Shown here in pieces: positions 9,712 through 20,800 of a stretch of DNA of 42,417 nucleotides (the first letter of the stretch is position 1; each line of letters begins with the position of its first letter). The notes under the pieces were generated by a model that saw only the letters and a program-made list of their open reading frames with translations, did no database searches and had not been told where the DNA came from. Source of the stretch: Elusimicrobiota bacterium (GTDB taxonomy: Bacteria > Elusimicrobiota > Elusimicrobia > UBA1565). The stretch covers positions 1 to 42,417 of the forward strand of contig JBDRPD010000091.1 in NCBI GenBank assembly GCA_043827405.1, given 5' to 3'. The translations under genes and the position numbers were made by a program.

Positions 9712-9864
9712 AAGCAGCGTCGGCATCCGTCTTCGCTCCGCGCCGGGCAAGGCCTACGCTCGCTCAGACGAATACCGACACTGCTTCATAGGTCGGACTG
9801 CGGTCTGTCTTGACGAAGCGTAGACCATGCCGAGCGCAGAGGAAAGGCAGGCCGCAGTCCGGCC
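9712..9864. repeat. Two oppositely oriented ~75-nt stem-loop elements (REP/MITE-like)
   Basis: Arms 9712-9732/9766-9786 and 9791-9811/9844-9864 each pair 18/21 Watson-Crick plus 3 wobbles. The loops are homologous in inverted orientation. Confidence 0.8.
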
Positions 9865-11010
9865 TTAGTATCCGAGGTCGCCGAGGCGGCGGAGGGCTTC
9901 GCCGACGTTGGCGTGTTCGGGGTAGAGGTGCTGGGCCTTGAGCCAGGCGTCGCGGGAGCAGACGTATTCGCCGCGCTGGTAGCAGGCGACGCCCTTAATA
10001 TAAGACTGCTCCGCCGCGTCCCGGCGGCGGTTGCGCTCGGCGGCCCCGCCGGCCGCGTCGTCTTGAGCGGCCGGCTTTTTGACGACCCGCAGCGCCGGCG
10101 GCTCAGCCGCGAACTGAACGGCCGCAAGCCCTTCCGAAAAGCCCGCGGCGTCGCGGTAGCGCGGGTCGACGCCGAAGCGTCCCTTGCGGTCGACATAGCC
10201 CCAGCGGCCGTTGAGCTCCACCGGCGCCAGCCCCTCACTAAATGAGAAGGCATTATCGAACAGCGGTTTAATGACGAGCATACCCGCGGCGTCGATAAAG
10301 CCCCAGCGGCCGCCCACGAGCACGGCCGCCAGCCCCTGGGAGAAGCCCCCGGCCGCCGTATAGCGCGGAGCGATCGCCTGCATGCCGTCGTGATCGATAT
10401 AGCCCCAGAGGCCGTCGCGCTTGACGCGCGCCATGCCCCCCGAGAAGCCGTAGGCCGCCTCGTAGCGGTAGGGGATCGCCAGCGAGCCGTCGGCGCGAAT
10501 AAAGCCGAACTCCTTTTCTTTACGCACCGCCGCCAGCCCGCTGGAAAAACCGTAGGCCTGCTGGTACTCGGGCCTAATGACAAAAACTCCGGCGGCATCG
10601 ATATAGCCCCAGCGCCCCTTGCGCTTGACCCGGGCCAGCCCCTCGGTGAAGCTGCCGACATCGTCAAACGCCGGCTTGATCCGCATGCGGCCGGCGCGAT
10701 CGATAAAGCCCCACTTGCCGCCGATCTTGACCGCGGCCAGGCCCGCCGAGAAACTCCAGCAGTCATCAAACAACGGCTGGATGACGATCTTCCTTTCCTT
10801 ATTTATATACCCCCAACCGCCGTCCAGCTTAACGCGGGCCAGACCCTCATAGAAGCCGGAAGCCAAACTGTAGGCGGCGGGAATAACCGTTTTGCCGTCG
10901 CGGTCGATGAATCCGTAAGCGGGAGCGAGCGAGTCGGCGCCCTGGGCCGAGGCCGTCGCGGCGGGACAGGATAAGCAGAGCAGCAGCAGCAGAGACCTCG
11001 GCGCCTTCAT
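9865..11010 (-). CDS. Secreted WG-repeat (KWG-type) protein with C-terminal TPR
   Basis: GGAGG and signal peptide MKAPRSLLLLLCLSCPAATASA. Eight repeats of [WYF]G[FY][IV]xxxG...FSEGLAxV, then a TPR at the C-terminus. Confidence 0.9.
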   Translation of the reverse strand: MKAPRSLLLLLCLSCPAATASAQGADSLAPAYGFIDRDGKTVIPAAYSLASGFYEGLARVKLDGGWGYINKERKIVIQPLFDDCWSFSAGLAAVKIGGKWGFIDRAGRMRIKPAFDDVGSFTEGLARVKRKGRWGYIDAAGVFVIRPEYQQAYGFSSGLAAVRKEKEFGFIRADGSLAIPYRYEAAYGFSGGMARVKRDGLWGYIDHDGMQAIAPRYTAAGGFSQGLAAVLVGGRWGFIDAAGMLVIKPLFDNAFSFSEGLAPVELNGRWGYVDRKGRFGVDPRYRDAAGFSEGLAAVQFAAEPPALRVVKKPAAQDDAAGGAAERNRRRDAAEQSYIKGVACYQRGEYVCSRDAWLKAQHLYPEHANVGEALRRLGDLGY

Positions 11011-11114
11011 GGAACTCCCTCCGTACTGCGTATAGAATGCGCGATCCATGTTTCATGAATATTATCATCCGCCCGCAACACTCCGGCAACCCGATCTTGG
11101 TAAACTATCGCGGT

Positions 11115-11498
11115 ATGACGAATGAAGTCCAAAGCAGCTGGAGCGTCCTGGTCATCGATGACGATCCTGATTTCTGCCTGCTGCTGCAAACCGCCTTGCC
11201 CAAGACCTTCCGGGTCGACACCAGCGCCTCCGGTGAAGAGGGACTTGAGGCGGCGCTCGGCGGCAGCCATGACCTGATCCTGCTCGACGTCCTGATGCCC
11301 GGCATCCACGGCTTCCACGCCCTCGAACGCTTGAAGAACGAGCCCAACACCAAAGACACTCCGATTCTCATCACCTCCAACCTGCCCCCGGACCAGGTTG
11401 AGATGCAGGCCGCAGAGCACGGCGCCGGCTACATCAACAAGCAGATGTCGATCAAGGAGATCGTCGCCCGCATCCGCCGCACGGTCAAGGACGTCTAA
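11115..11498 (+). CDS. Single-domain response regulator
   Basis: VLVIDDD, DLILLDVLMPGIHG, TPILITS, GYINK. Start placed at ATG 11115 after TG-n-TAAACT. Confidence 0.88.
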   Translation: MTNEVQSSWSVLVIDDDPDFCLLLQTALPKTFRVDTSASGEEGLEAALGGSHDLILLDVLMPGIHGFHALERLKNEPNTKDTPILITSNLPPDQVEMQAAEHGAGYINKQMSIKEIVARIRRTVKDV

Positions 11499-11504
11499 CC
11501 GGAG

Positions 11505-12155
11505 ATGGACCTCTCCGTCGTCTTCGAAAACGACCGCCTCGTCGCCGTATCGAAACCCTCGGGCCAGCTGGTGATCCCCGGCCGCGGCGATGATCAAGGC
11601 GAGCTTCTGGTCGAGACCGTGGGCCGCTACCTCAACGCCAAACCCTATATCGTGCACCGCATCGACCGCGGCACCAGCGGGCTGGTGCTGTTCGCCAAGG
11701 ACGCCGACGCCCAGCGCAAGCTCTCTTTCCTTTTCGCCGGCCGGAAGATCAAGAAGTGCTACCTGGCGCTGGTGCAGGGAGAAGTTGAGGCCGACGGGAC
11801 GATCGATGAGCCGCTAAGAGTCTTCGGCTCGCGGCGCACCGGCGTCGATCCCCGGGGGAAGCCCTCGGTCACGCACTATGCGGTTAAGGAACGGCTCGCC
11901 GGCGCGACTTTACTGGAAGTGCGCATCGAGACGGGACGGCGTCATCAGATCCGCGCCCACCTCAACTATATCGGCTTTCCGATCCTGGGCGACGGACGCT
12001 ATGGTCCGGACCGGCCGGTGGGCGGCGTGCCGCGGCTGATGCTGCATGCCTGGAAGATCGGGCTGCCCGGATTTGCCAAGAAGGAGCTCGCGCTGCGCGA
12101 CGATCCGCCGCCGGAATTCATAAACATCCTGCGGCGGTATCCGGAAAAACGCTGA
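11505..12155 (+). CDS. RluA-family pseudouridine synthase
   Basis: SKPSG, HRIDRGTSG, TGRRHQIRAHL, PILGDGRYG, LMLHA motifs. Confidence 0.93.
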   Translation: MDLSVVFENDRLVAVSKPSGQLVIPGRGDDQGELLVETVGRYLNAKPYIVHRIDRGTSGLVLFAKDADAQRKLSFLFAGRKIKKCYLALVQGEVEADGTIDEPLRVFGSRRTGVDPRGKPSVTHYAVKERLAGATLLEVRIETGRRHQIRAHLNYIGFPILGDGRYGPDRPVGGVPRLMLHAWKIGLPGFAKKELALRDDPPPEFINILRRYPEKR

Positions 12156-12158
12156 GCG

Positions 12159-13085
12159 CTACCAGCGCAGGCGGCGAATGAAGCGCACCGCCTGGCGGAT
12201 GCCGATTACGCAATGCCCGCCGCGATGCGGCTTGAAGGTGACCGGCTGATTGCGCCAGCGCAGCTCGCGGTAAAAGATCCCGGCCCCTTCATAGAAGCCG
12301 AACTCGTCCCGGCGGTTGGCCTGGATCAGCAGCGGCGGCACGCGCCGGTTTTCGCGCGCCAGCGCCAGCGGGTCCTCGCGCGCCCAGGCTTGCGGACCTC
12401 CGACATGCGGACGCAGGCGGCGGATGCCCCACATGACCGAGCCTTCGTGGTCGGCATGCGTGCGCCGGGTGTAGCGCCGCAGCTCTTCGTCAGCGGCGTA
12501 GATCGAGACCGAATAGAAGGCCGGACAAGAGAGGACCGCCCCGTCGAACAGCTCGGGACGCTTGAGCACCAGCTCGGCGGCGTTTAGCCCGCCCTGCGAC
12601 ATCCCCCAGATATAGCGCCGCTGCACCTCCCCGATCTTGGCCTCCACCAGCGGCATGTCGCGCTCGATAAAGCGGTTGAATAAGGCCGGAAACTTCTCGC
12701 CGGGCTCCTCAAGCAGCACCCAGTCGGGGCCGTAAGAGATCGACACCACCTTGGGCGCCGGCAGGCCGCGCCGCCGGAAGTAGGAGTAATAGAAGCGCGA
12801 CAGCGGAATCTCGCGCCAGCTCATCTCGCTGCCGCCCGCATAATGCAGGAAGTATAGAACCGAGGTCGGGTCCTCCTCCGCCTCCCGGGGCGCGGTATGC
12901 AGGCAGTAGCGCATGCCGTCTGCCCCGCCGCATTCGGCTATCGGCTGCGGGCCGGAAGTTATATGAGACACGAAGTGCATCCAGCGGTAGGAGCGCGCGC
13001 TGTGCACCGCGCAGCCGGAGAAGGGAACGGCGAACAGAACCGCGCTGAAATACGGGACGCGAAATATGGTAAAAAAACGCCGCAT
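12159..13085 (-). CDS. Alpha/beta-hydrolase (esterase), probable lipoprotein
   Basis: GMSQGG nucleophile elbow, candidate Asp (RRDEF) and His (GGHC), lipobox-like FSG-C. Confidence 0.8.
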   Translation of the reverse strand: MRRFFTIFRVPYFSAVLFAVPFSGCAVHSARSYRWMHFVSHITSGPQPIAECGGADGMRYCLHTAPREAEEDPTSVLYFLHYAGGSEMSWREIPLSRFYYSYFRRRGLPAPKVVSISYGPDWVLLEEPGEKFPALFNRFIERDMPLVEAKIGEVQRRYIWGMSQGGLNAAELVLKRPELFDGAVLSCPAFYSVSIYAADEELRRYTRRTHADHEGSVMWGIRRLRPHVGGPQAWAREDPLALARENRRVPPLLIQANRRDEFGFYEGAGIFYRELRWRNQPVTFKPHRGGHCVIGIRQAVRFIRRLRW

Positions 13086-13112
13086 CGTGATAATCTATAA
13101 AATTGAGGCCGC

Positions 13113-13907
13113 GTGACGAAGGCGAAGCGCCCGTCCAGGATTCGCATCCGGCACCGCGGACCGGTATTCCATTTCTTCTGGCCGCTGACCCGCTACCTGG
13201 TCAGCAACTTTTCGGCGGCGGTCGGACACATCTACTTCATGATGATCAACCGGACGATCATTATCGGCCGGGAGAACGTCGGCGAGAAAAAGAACACCGT
13301 GCTCCTGCCCAATCACCAGTCCATGATCGACGGCTTCCTGGTCGGCGCCGCCGTCTTTTTCCCGCGCAGCCTGCTGCGGCCGAATTTGCTGCCCTGGCTG
13401 CCGGCGGCCTATGAGAACTTCTTCACCCATCCCGTCATGCGCTGGCTATCGGACAACTGGAAGTGCATCCCGGTCAAACAGGGGCGCAAGGACTTCGGCG
13501 CCATGAAGCGCATGGAGGCCTGCCTGCAGCAAGGGATGATGATCGTATTTCCCGAGGGCACCCGCTCACGCGACGGCGAGCTCCTGCCGCCGCGCTCGGG
13601 GATCGGCTACGTGATGCTCCGCACCCGCCCCAAGGCGGTACCGGTCTGCCTCGACGGCATGGATCGTGTCCTGCCGGTCGGCGCCGTCTTCCCCCGGATC
13701 TTTCAGACGATCTACATCTGGTACGGCGAAGCCGCGGATCTTTCGGAGTTCTACGATGTCCGTCCCGGGAAGGATACGGCGAAGGCGACTATTGAGGAAG
13801 CTTTCGCCCACGTCAAGAGAATGCAGGGGATACTGCAGAGATATCGCCGCTACCGGAGATACGTCCTGGCGAAGAAGCCTTTCTTCTACCGCTTCTACCG
13901 GCCCTAA
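13113..13907 (+). CDS. plsC: 1-acyl-sn-glycerol-3-phosphate acyltransferase family
   Basis: NHQSMID (HX4D) and FPEGTRS motifs. Confidence 0.88.
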   Translation: MTKAKRPSRIRIRHRGPVFHFFWPLTRYLVSNFSAAVGHIYFMMINRTIIIGRENVGEKKNTVLLPNHQSMIDGFLVGAAVFFPRSLLRPNLLPWLPAAYENFFTHPVMRWLSDNWKCIPVKQGRKDFGAMKRMEACLQQGMMIVFPEGTRSRDGELLPPRSGIGYVMLRTRPKAVPVCLDGMDRVLPVGAVFPRIFQTIYIWYGEAADLSEFYDVRPGKDTAKATIEEAFAHVKRMQGILQRYRRYRRYVLAKKPFFYRFYRP

Positions 13908-14623
13908 TCCCGACGGTCCTCGTCCCGGCGTTTGCGCCGCCCGCTCGACCGGCCCTTCTGTGAGCGCCAGGACTCCATCAGATCGCGATTGAACTGATCG
14001 CGCACCTTTTCCTGCTCGATCGTGAACCCCCGAAGGTCGTCGAGCATCTGCGTCAGGTAGTCGTGCATCTGTTTCTTGAGCTCGAGCTCGAAGGCCCGGA
14101 TCTGCGTCGTCTGCAGGCGCTCGAAGTCTGAGATAGTCTCGTCATGCGAAACCGAATCAAGCGAAGCCAAAGACTCGAACAGGTTGAGGCGCTGGCGCGC
14201 CATGCGCACATCGAAAAGCTTGCGGTCCTCATAGACCTTGTCCCAGAACTTGACCCATGAGGCGCTCATGCGCTTGCCGTAGAGGTCCTGTCCGCGGTGG
14301 AACTTCTGCAGGGTCTTGATGCGGGCCTGCAGGTGTGCCTCGATATCCTGCTTGCTGGACATCGGCCGCTTCTTGGGCGCGTCCTCGGGCTCTTCCTCAC
14401 GATCCTTATCGTCGCGGCTTTTCCGGCTCTTCTGGCGGCGTTTCTTGCTCTTCTTCGGGGCTTTCTCCTCCTTCTCATCCAGTTCCCAATCATAATCCGA
14501 ACCGGAGCTGGAACTTTGCGCGGAGGATTTACTCTTGGCGCGCCGGCGGATCTGCGCCGCCGCGAAATCCGGCATGATCAGCGCAAGGCCGATAGCAAAA
14601 AGCAATAGTGCACGAAAACTCAT
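13904..14623 (-). CDS. Secreted, highly charged coiled-coil hypothetical protein
   Basis: AAGGAG before ATG 14623, signal peptide, K/E/R-rich linker and helical C-domain. TATAAT lies upstream (14642-14647, minus). Confidence 0.7.
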   Translation of the reverse strand: MSFRALLLFAIGLALIMPDFAAAQIRRRAKSKSSAQSSSSGSDYDWELDEKEEKAPKKSKKRRQKSRKSRDDKDREEEPEDAPKKRPMSSKQDIEAHLQARIKTLQKFHRGQDLYGKRMSASWVKFWDKVYEDRKLFDVRMARQRLNLFESLASLDSVSHDETISDFERLQTTQIRAFELELKKQMHDYLTQMLDDLRGFTIEQEKVRDQFNRDLMESWRSQKGRSSGRRKRRDEDRRD

Positions 14624-14846
14624 AGTAATGCTCCTTCGGCGATTATAACCAATGTATACATCGATACACAAAAAAGCGCAATAACAGAAATGTTAAAACA
14701 AGCGCGGCCGCCGCAGTTATTCCCGCGATCTAAAGTTCGGCACAAACCGCGCCCGAGAGTCCCAAAAACGCATAGGCCTCATAACTTTCGAGACCGGCCC
14801 TTGCGGCTCACCAACTTATGAAGAGTTTGTGCGAAGATAACACCGC

Positions 14847-17800
14847 ATGCAGCGAATTATTGCGGTACTCCTCACAGCGGCGCTTCTCCTTGCCGTCCCC
14901 GGACAACCCTGCTATGCCGCGCTCGGACGCGTAGCGGCGGGCACCTCGGCCGGACCGGCGGCCACCGGCGCGGCCGGCGCGGCGGGTCGCATCGGCGCCC
15001 ATGCCGCGCTCGGTGCGCTGCATACGCCGCTTTACTCCGCGACCCTCAACACCGCTCTTCCCTCGGTCGAGAACCTCCGGCTCCAGACCGCGGTCCAACA
15101 AGCCGCCGTGCGCGTCACGCCGCGGGGGATTGCCGGGCGGACATACGCGCCGCGCGGCAAGCTGGGCAAAACGATAGAGCGCATCACCGGTTCCGCTCAA
15201 CCGTTCCGCAAAACTATCGCAAAGCCGGCCGCCTCGGCCGGCCAAACCCACAGCGCCGGAACGGACCTGCAGAATCTTTTGAGCGGAGTACTCCATAGCC
15301 GCCGCGACTCCGCCGCGGTCCTGCCGCGCGTTGGTGCCGGACTGGCGGGCTTCAAGAGCGCGACGCCGGCCGGCCTGGGCATCGGCCGCGCTCGCTTGAT
15401 AAATTCAGCGCATCGCGGCGAGGTCCCGGGCGCCGCGGCGGATGCGCTGCAGGCCGCCGCCAAAACCACCCCGGCGGCGGCGGCCCTACGCCGCGCCTGG
15501 CACGCGCTTAAACGCGCCGTCCTGCGTCCGGTGCTGGGCCTCACGCTCCTAATATCCCTCATCGCCGCCGCCCCGGCCTTCCCCGATGTTAAGGTGGACC
15601 TCCTTGCCCAGCAGGGCACGCCGCCCGCGGGACAAACGGTCAGCCAGCAGGCGCCGGAAGTGATCATCGCCCCCATCGCGGCGGCGGTCAAGGTATCGCC
15701 GCAAAGCGTTACCGTGGGCGAGACCATGGAGCTGGAGATCACGCTGCGCAACAACGGCGGCAAGACGCTTGAGATTCCCTCCGTACGGGCGGCGGTTGAG
15801 CGGAGCCTTCCTTTCACGCTCGAGCTCCGCGGCCAGGAAGGCGTTGACGCGATCGAACTGGCGCCGGGAGAGTCGCGCACCGTGGTGCTGCGCGTCGCTG
15901 CGTTCGACGCCGGCGAGATCAAGCTCGAAGGCGTACGTATTTACCTGGGCGCTGACGGCTCGGTTATCGTCGTGCCGGACGCGGTATTCAAGGTCGATTC
16001 CGTCCTCACGCCGGACTGGAAGAAGAAGGGCTTTGAGGATATCGCCGAGATCCAGAAAGGGGAGACCCCGAATATCGGCTGGCTGTTCTCCATCCCGCTG
16101 GGCCTGCTGCTGCTCATCGGCGTCGAGCGCCTGCTGGCGTCGCGGCGCCAGGGCCGCAAGCCCAAGGTCTTCCTCCAGCCGCTGTGGGAAACAACCAGCA
16201 AACGCATAGGGGAGCTCACGCAGAACGGCGGCCGCCTAAGCAGCGCCGTCTTTTATGCCGAGGTCTACAATATCCTCGACACCCTGCTCATCGACCTGCA
16301 TGGCCTGGAGAAACGCGAGCGCGGCGCGGGCGAGCTGATCCGCGACATTGCGGGCGCGAAAAAGTATTCCAAGGAACAGCTCGCGCTCGCGCGCCGCATC
16401 GCCGAGACCGCCGAGGCCGTCCGCTTCGGAGGCGCGGCCGACAACAGCGAGCTGCGGCGGCGCACCCTGACCGCGCTCAACGCGCTGGCTGAAGATCTCC
16501 TGGCACCGGCGCCGCCGGCCGAGCAAGACCCCCCCTCCCTGCTGGGGTTGGGAGCGCTCTTTAGCGGCGGCGGCGCCGGCCTGTCTTTCGGTCAGCCTTG
16601 GGCCCTGCTGCTGGTTGTGCCGCTGGGCGCTTACCTGCTGTGGCGGATGTGGCGCAGCCCGGCATCGAGCTTCAAGGTATCGTCCGCCGATACGCTCCCG
16701 GGAAAAAGGACCTGGCGGCAGCGGCTGCGCTGGATGCCGAGCGCCCTGCGCATCGCCGCGGTGACTTTGCTGCTGCTCGCCCTATCGCAGCCGCGTATCG
16801 GCGTCGAGCGCCAGGAGACCTACGTCCCCTCGACCGACACCGTGATGTCGATCGACCTCTCAGGCAGCATGGACACCAAGTTCGGCACCGGCGATAAAAT
16901 CAGCCAGCTGGAAGCGGCGCGCAGCGCGGTAAAGGCCTACGTCATCGAGCAGCGGCGCGGCACGACCAACCGCGTCGGCATGGTCACCTTCGCCGACGAC
17001 TCCTACCAGGACGTGCGGCTCACCACGGACTACGACGCGCTGATCGCACACCTCAAAGAGCTCAAGACCTCCGGCTCCACGGCCGTGGGCAAGTCGGTTC
17101 TCGCCTCGATCACCCATTTTCTGGAAGTCAACGCTTACGAGCTCAATGATCCGGACGACCCGCGGATCAAGAAAGTACAGGAGCTGCTGGACAAGAAAGG
17201 TCTCGGCGAGGCGCTCGAGTACGCGAAAAAGCACTCCGACCTGATGCGCCGCATACTCCAGCCCGACCGGACCAAGATCGTGGTGCTGTTCTCTGACGGG
17301 GGCTCAAACACCGGCCTGTCCATGGCCGAGGCCGCCGATATCGCCAAGAAGCTCGGCGTCCGCATCTACACGGTCGGCATCAACACCTCGGGCACCGACG
17401 AAAAAAACCTCAAGGATATGTCGGAATCGACCGGCGGGCTTTACTTTCAGGTCGGCAACGCGGAAGGGATGCGGGCGGCGCTGCTCGACATCAGCCGGCT
17501 TGAAAAGAGCCCCTCCCTGGTTAAGTCCAAAATCGCGACCAAGGACTTCGGCAGCTACCTGCTGATGCTGGCGCTGCTGATGCTCGGCTTGGAGGTAACG
17601 CTCTCCTCCACCCGCATGCGCAGCCTCTCCGGCGTGGCGCTGATCGCCGCGCTTGGCCTGGCCATCCCCAATCCCGAACTAATCCGGCCCCTGACCGGCG
17701 GCGGTACGCCGATCGTCATGGCGGCCGCGACCACGGAAGCCCCCGCCAAGGCGCCGCTGAGCATCGTCGACCAGCTGCCGGTTTCCAAGATGCCGCGGGA

Positions 17801-20800
17801 GCTCGCCGCGGCCAACACCTTGTACCTCCAGGGGCGCTTCGATGAAGCGGTCAAGAAGTACGCGGAAGCCCTGCGCCGCTATCCGGACATCCCGCAGATT
17901 TACTTCAACACCGCCAACGCCCTCTACCGGCTGGGGGATTTCGCACGCGCGGCCAAGTACTACCAGGAGTACCTGAAGCACGTTAAGGACGACGCCGGCG
18001 AATCATCCAAGGTCTTCTACAACCTCGCCAACGCCGCTCTTATGCAGAAGGATCTAAGCCGAGCCATCGAGCTCTACCGTGAAGCCCTGCGCCGCAACCC
18101 CGGGTATACCGAAGCCAAGTGGAACCTCGAAGTAGCGATGCAGATGCTTAAGGAGCAGCAGAAAAATCAGCAAGGCAAAAAGGGCGAGGGCAAAGGCAAG
18201 AAGCAGAAGGGCAAGGGCCAGCCCGGCGACAGCGACGGCCAGGGCGAGCCCGGCGACAGCGACGGCGACAGCGCGCAAAGCGACGGAAAAGACGGCAAGA
18301 AGAGCCCGGGCAAGCCGGGCAAACCCAAGCAGGCCGAGCAAGCCGAAGGCGTCGACAAGCTCCAGAAACAGCAGGACAAAATCGAGAAGGAAGGCGACGC
18401 CAAGGCCCGCAAAGCCGTCCCGCGCAAAGGCTCCGGCATCTGGGGCTTGGCGGCGATCGCGCTGGCCGGGCCGGCGGCGCTGAGCTTCACCAACCCGGTG
18501 CTGCTGTGGAGCGTATTCGTCCTGGTTCCCATTATGGCCGGCCTGCTGATTTACAGCCTGCGTAAAAAACTGCAGGCCGCGCGCGAGCTGTCGGAGCTGG
18601 ACGCGCCGAAATCTTTCAAGGAATGGGCGGGACGACGACGCTGGACCACGAAATTCGCCCTGCTGCTGTCGGCGCTCGCGCTGTTCGCACTCGCGGCGGG
18701 CGATCCCATATTCGGCGAGCGCGATACACGCCTCAATTTCGGCGGCAAGGACATCATGATGGCGACCGATGTGTCGCGATCGATGCTCGGCGCCGAGGAC
18801 GGCCGCCACGAGCGGACCAAGGCCGAGCTCATGGAGTTCATCCGGCGCATGGAGGGCACCGACCGCGTCGGGCTGGTGGTCTTCGCCGGCAAAGCGCGCA
18901 CCGCCTCGCCGCTGTCGATCGACTACGGCAACTTCGAGTTCAAGATGCGCCGGCTGGAACGCGAGGCGCGTTCGCTCAACGGGGGCTCGGATCTGGCCGC
19001 CGCCATCGAGCACTCGATCCTCTCTTTCGATACGGTCAAGAAAATCGGCGACCGCGAGCGCATTCTTATCGTAATCTCGGACGGCGACATCTTCGAGCAG
19101 GAGCTCGAGAAAGTCATCCGGCTGGCCAAGAGCAAAGGAATTGCGATCTATACGATCGGCGTCGGCACCACCGACGGCACCCGAATCGCCCTGCCCGAGC
19201 AGGAGGGCGACAACGGCGAGACGCAGTACCTGATCGATGAGAAAACAGGCCAGCCGGCGCTCACCCGGCTCAATGAAAAAACCCTGCGCCTCCTTTCCCA
19301 CAGCACGGGCGGCGAATACTTCCGTGCGCAAAACGATTCGGGGATCAACAGCCTGCTCTCGCGGGTCGCCGAGCTGTCCAAAGGCACCGAGACCGACAGC
19401 GTGAAATCTCCGCGCAAGATCGCCGCCTTCTTTATGTGGCCGGGACTGGCGCTGCTGCTGCTCGAGCTGCTGCTGCCCGGCATCTCACCGCTCAGAAACC
19501 GGACGCGTACGCGCAAAGAGGGCCAAGACAAGGCGGGCAAAGCGACCGCGCTGCACGGAGCGGCGCTCCTCGGCCTGGCCCTGCCCTTAAGCTTCTGGCC
19601 GCAAGTGCTGCCCTTCGCCGCCCTCATCACGCTGTTCGCCGGGCTGATCCTTTACGACCTGCTTTCCCGCGGCGGAGCCGCGCGCCGAATTCTGGCCTGG
19701 GCGCACCGCGGCGAGCCGGCCGCGAACCTGGAACGGGACCTCGGCATCCTGTTCGACTCACCGGAGACCGGCAAGGAACGTTTTCGCGAAATGGACCGCC
19801 TGGAGCTGCGCAGGTTCCTGCGGGAGTGGCAAAGCGCCCCCGGCGAAGACAAAACGCGGCTGATCAACACCGCCCTCGGCGACCGGGAGCTGTGGCGGCA
19901 GAAGCTCACGACCGCCTATCTCGCGGCAAGCGTCCGGCCATCCAAGGACTCCGCCGAAACCGCGGACATGATTCTGGGAGCGCTCGCCGCGGCGGCGCGA
20001 ACGCACCTCGACCGGCTTGAGCCGGTCCTCAACCGCCTCATCGACCGGCGCGCCGAGCTGGCCTGGCTCAACCACCCGCTGCCCCTGCGGGCGCTCGCCC
20101 GTCTGGCGCAGCAAGGACTGAACCCGAAGCACGCGGCTTCGCGCGCGACGCTTCGCAGCCTGGCCGCCGAACCCGACGCCGCGGTACGGCAGGCGGCGCT
20201 GGCGTCCCTGCTGGGCATGCGGGCGCCGCCCAGCCGCCTCTCATGGACCAAACGCGCCGGCGTCACGCTGCTGGCGCTGGTCATGGCGGCGATGGTGATG
20301 CTCTCTTCCTTCTCGGGAATCAAGACCCTGGAGTACCGGACGATCCAGAAACAGGCGGTCCAGACCCAGCTTTCTATTTTCTTCGGCGACGACCTCTATA
20401 TCCTCAACGATAAATACGCGGACGCGCGCATCCAGGACGAAGTTGTTCCCGTTCTCAAACGCTGGCACCGAACCGATGCGGTAACACAGCAAGAGCTGAT
20501 GCAAGCCATCGCCGTCCTGCGCTCCTCGCCCGATCCGAAAGCCGACAATGTCCTCGAAGCGGTCTTTAAGCTGGCGGACATGCTGCCGCTGACCGTAGAG
20601 TCCGAGAACCTGCTGCTCAAGACGCTCATCGAGCGCGACAACGACCAGGTCTGGGAATTCCTGAAGCGCTACATGCAGGCGAACGCGAAAAATCCCATGG
20701 CGACCGGGCGCCTGCTGCGGATGATCCAGATCGGCGCCGAAGCCGGGAGCGACCGCGTTTTCGTCAACCTCTTTTACTTCCTGACCAGCCCGAGCCCGCA

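Noticed and set aside
5998..9813. Long plus-strand ORFs (469, 412, 653 aa)
   Set aside because: Antisense shadows of motif-bearing minus-strand genes, with Arg/Pro/Ala-rich nonsense composition.
10130..10920. Periodic DNA repeats of ~105 nt
   Set aside because: Explained by WG protein repeats. No constant repeat/unique spacer pattern, so not CRISPR.
14738..14752. Possible sigma-54 promoter CGGCAC-AAACC-GCGC upstream of the giant gene
   Set aside because: GG-N10-GC spacing fits, but TTGC is missing and such matches are common in GC-rich DNA.
18219..18270. Short direct repeat (AGCCCGGCGACAGCGACGGC x2)
   Set aside because: Encodes the PGDSDG low-complexity linker typical of BatC tails. Not CRISPR or a mobile repeat.
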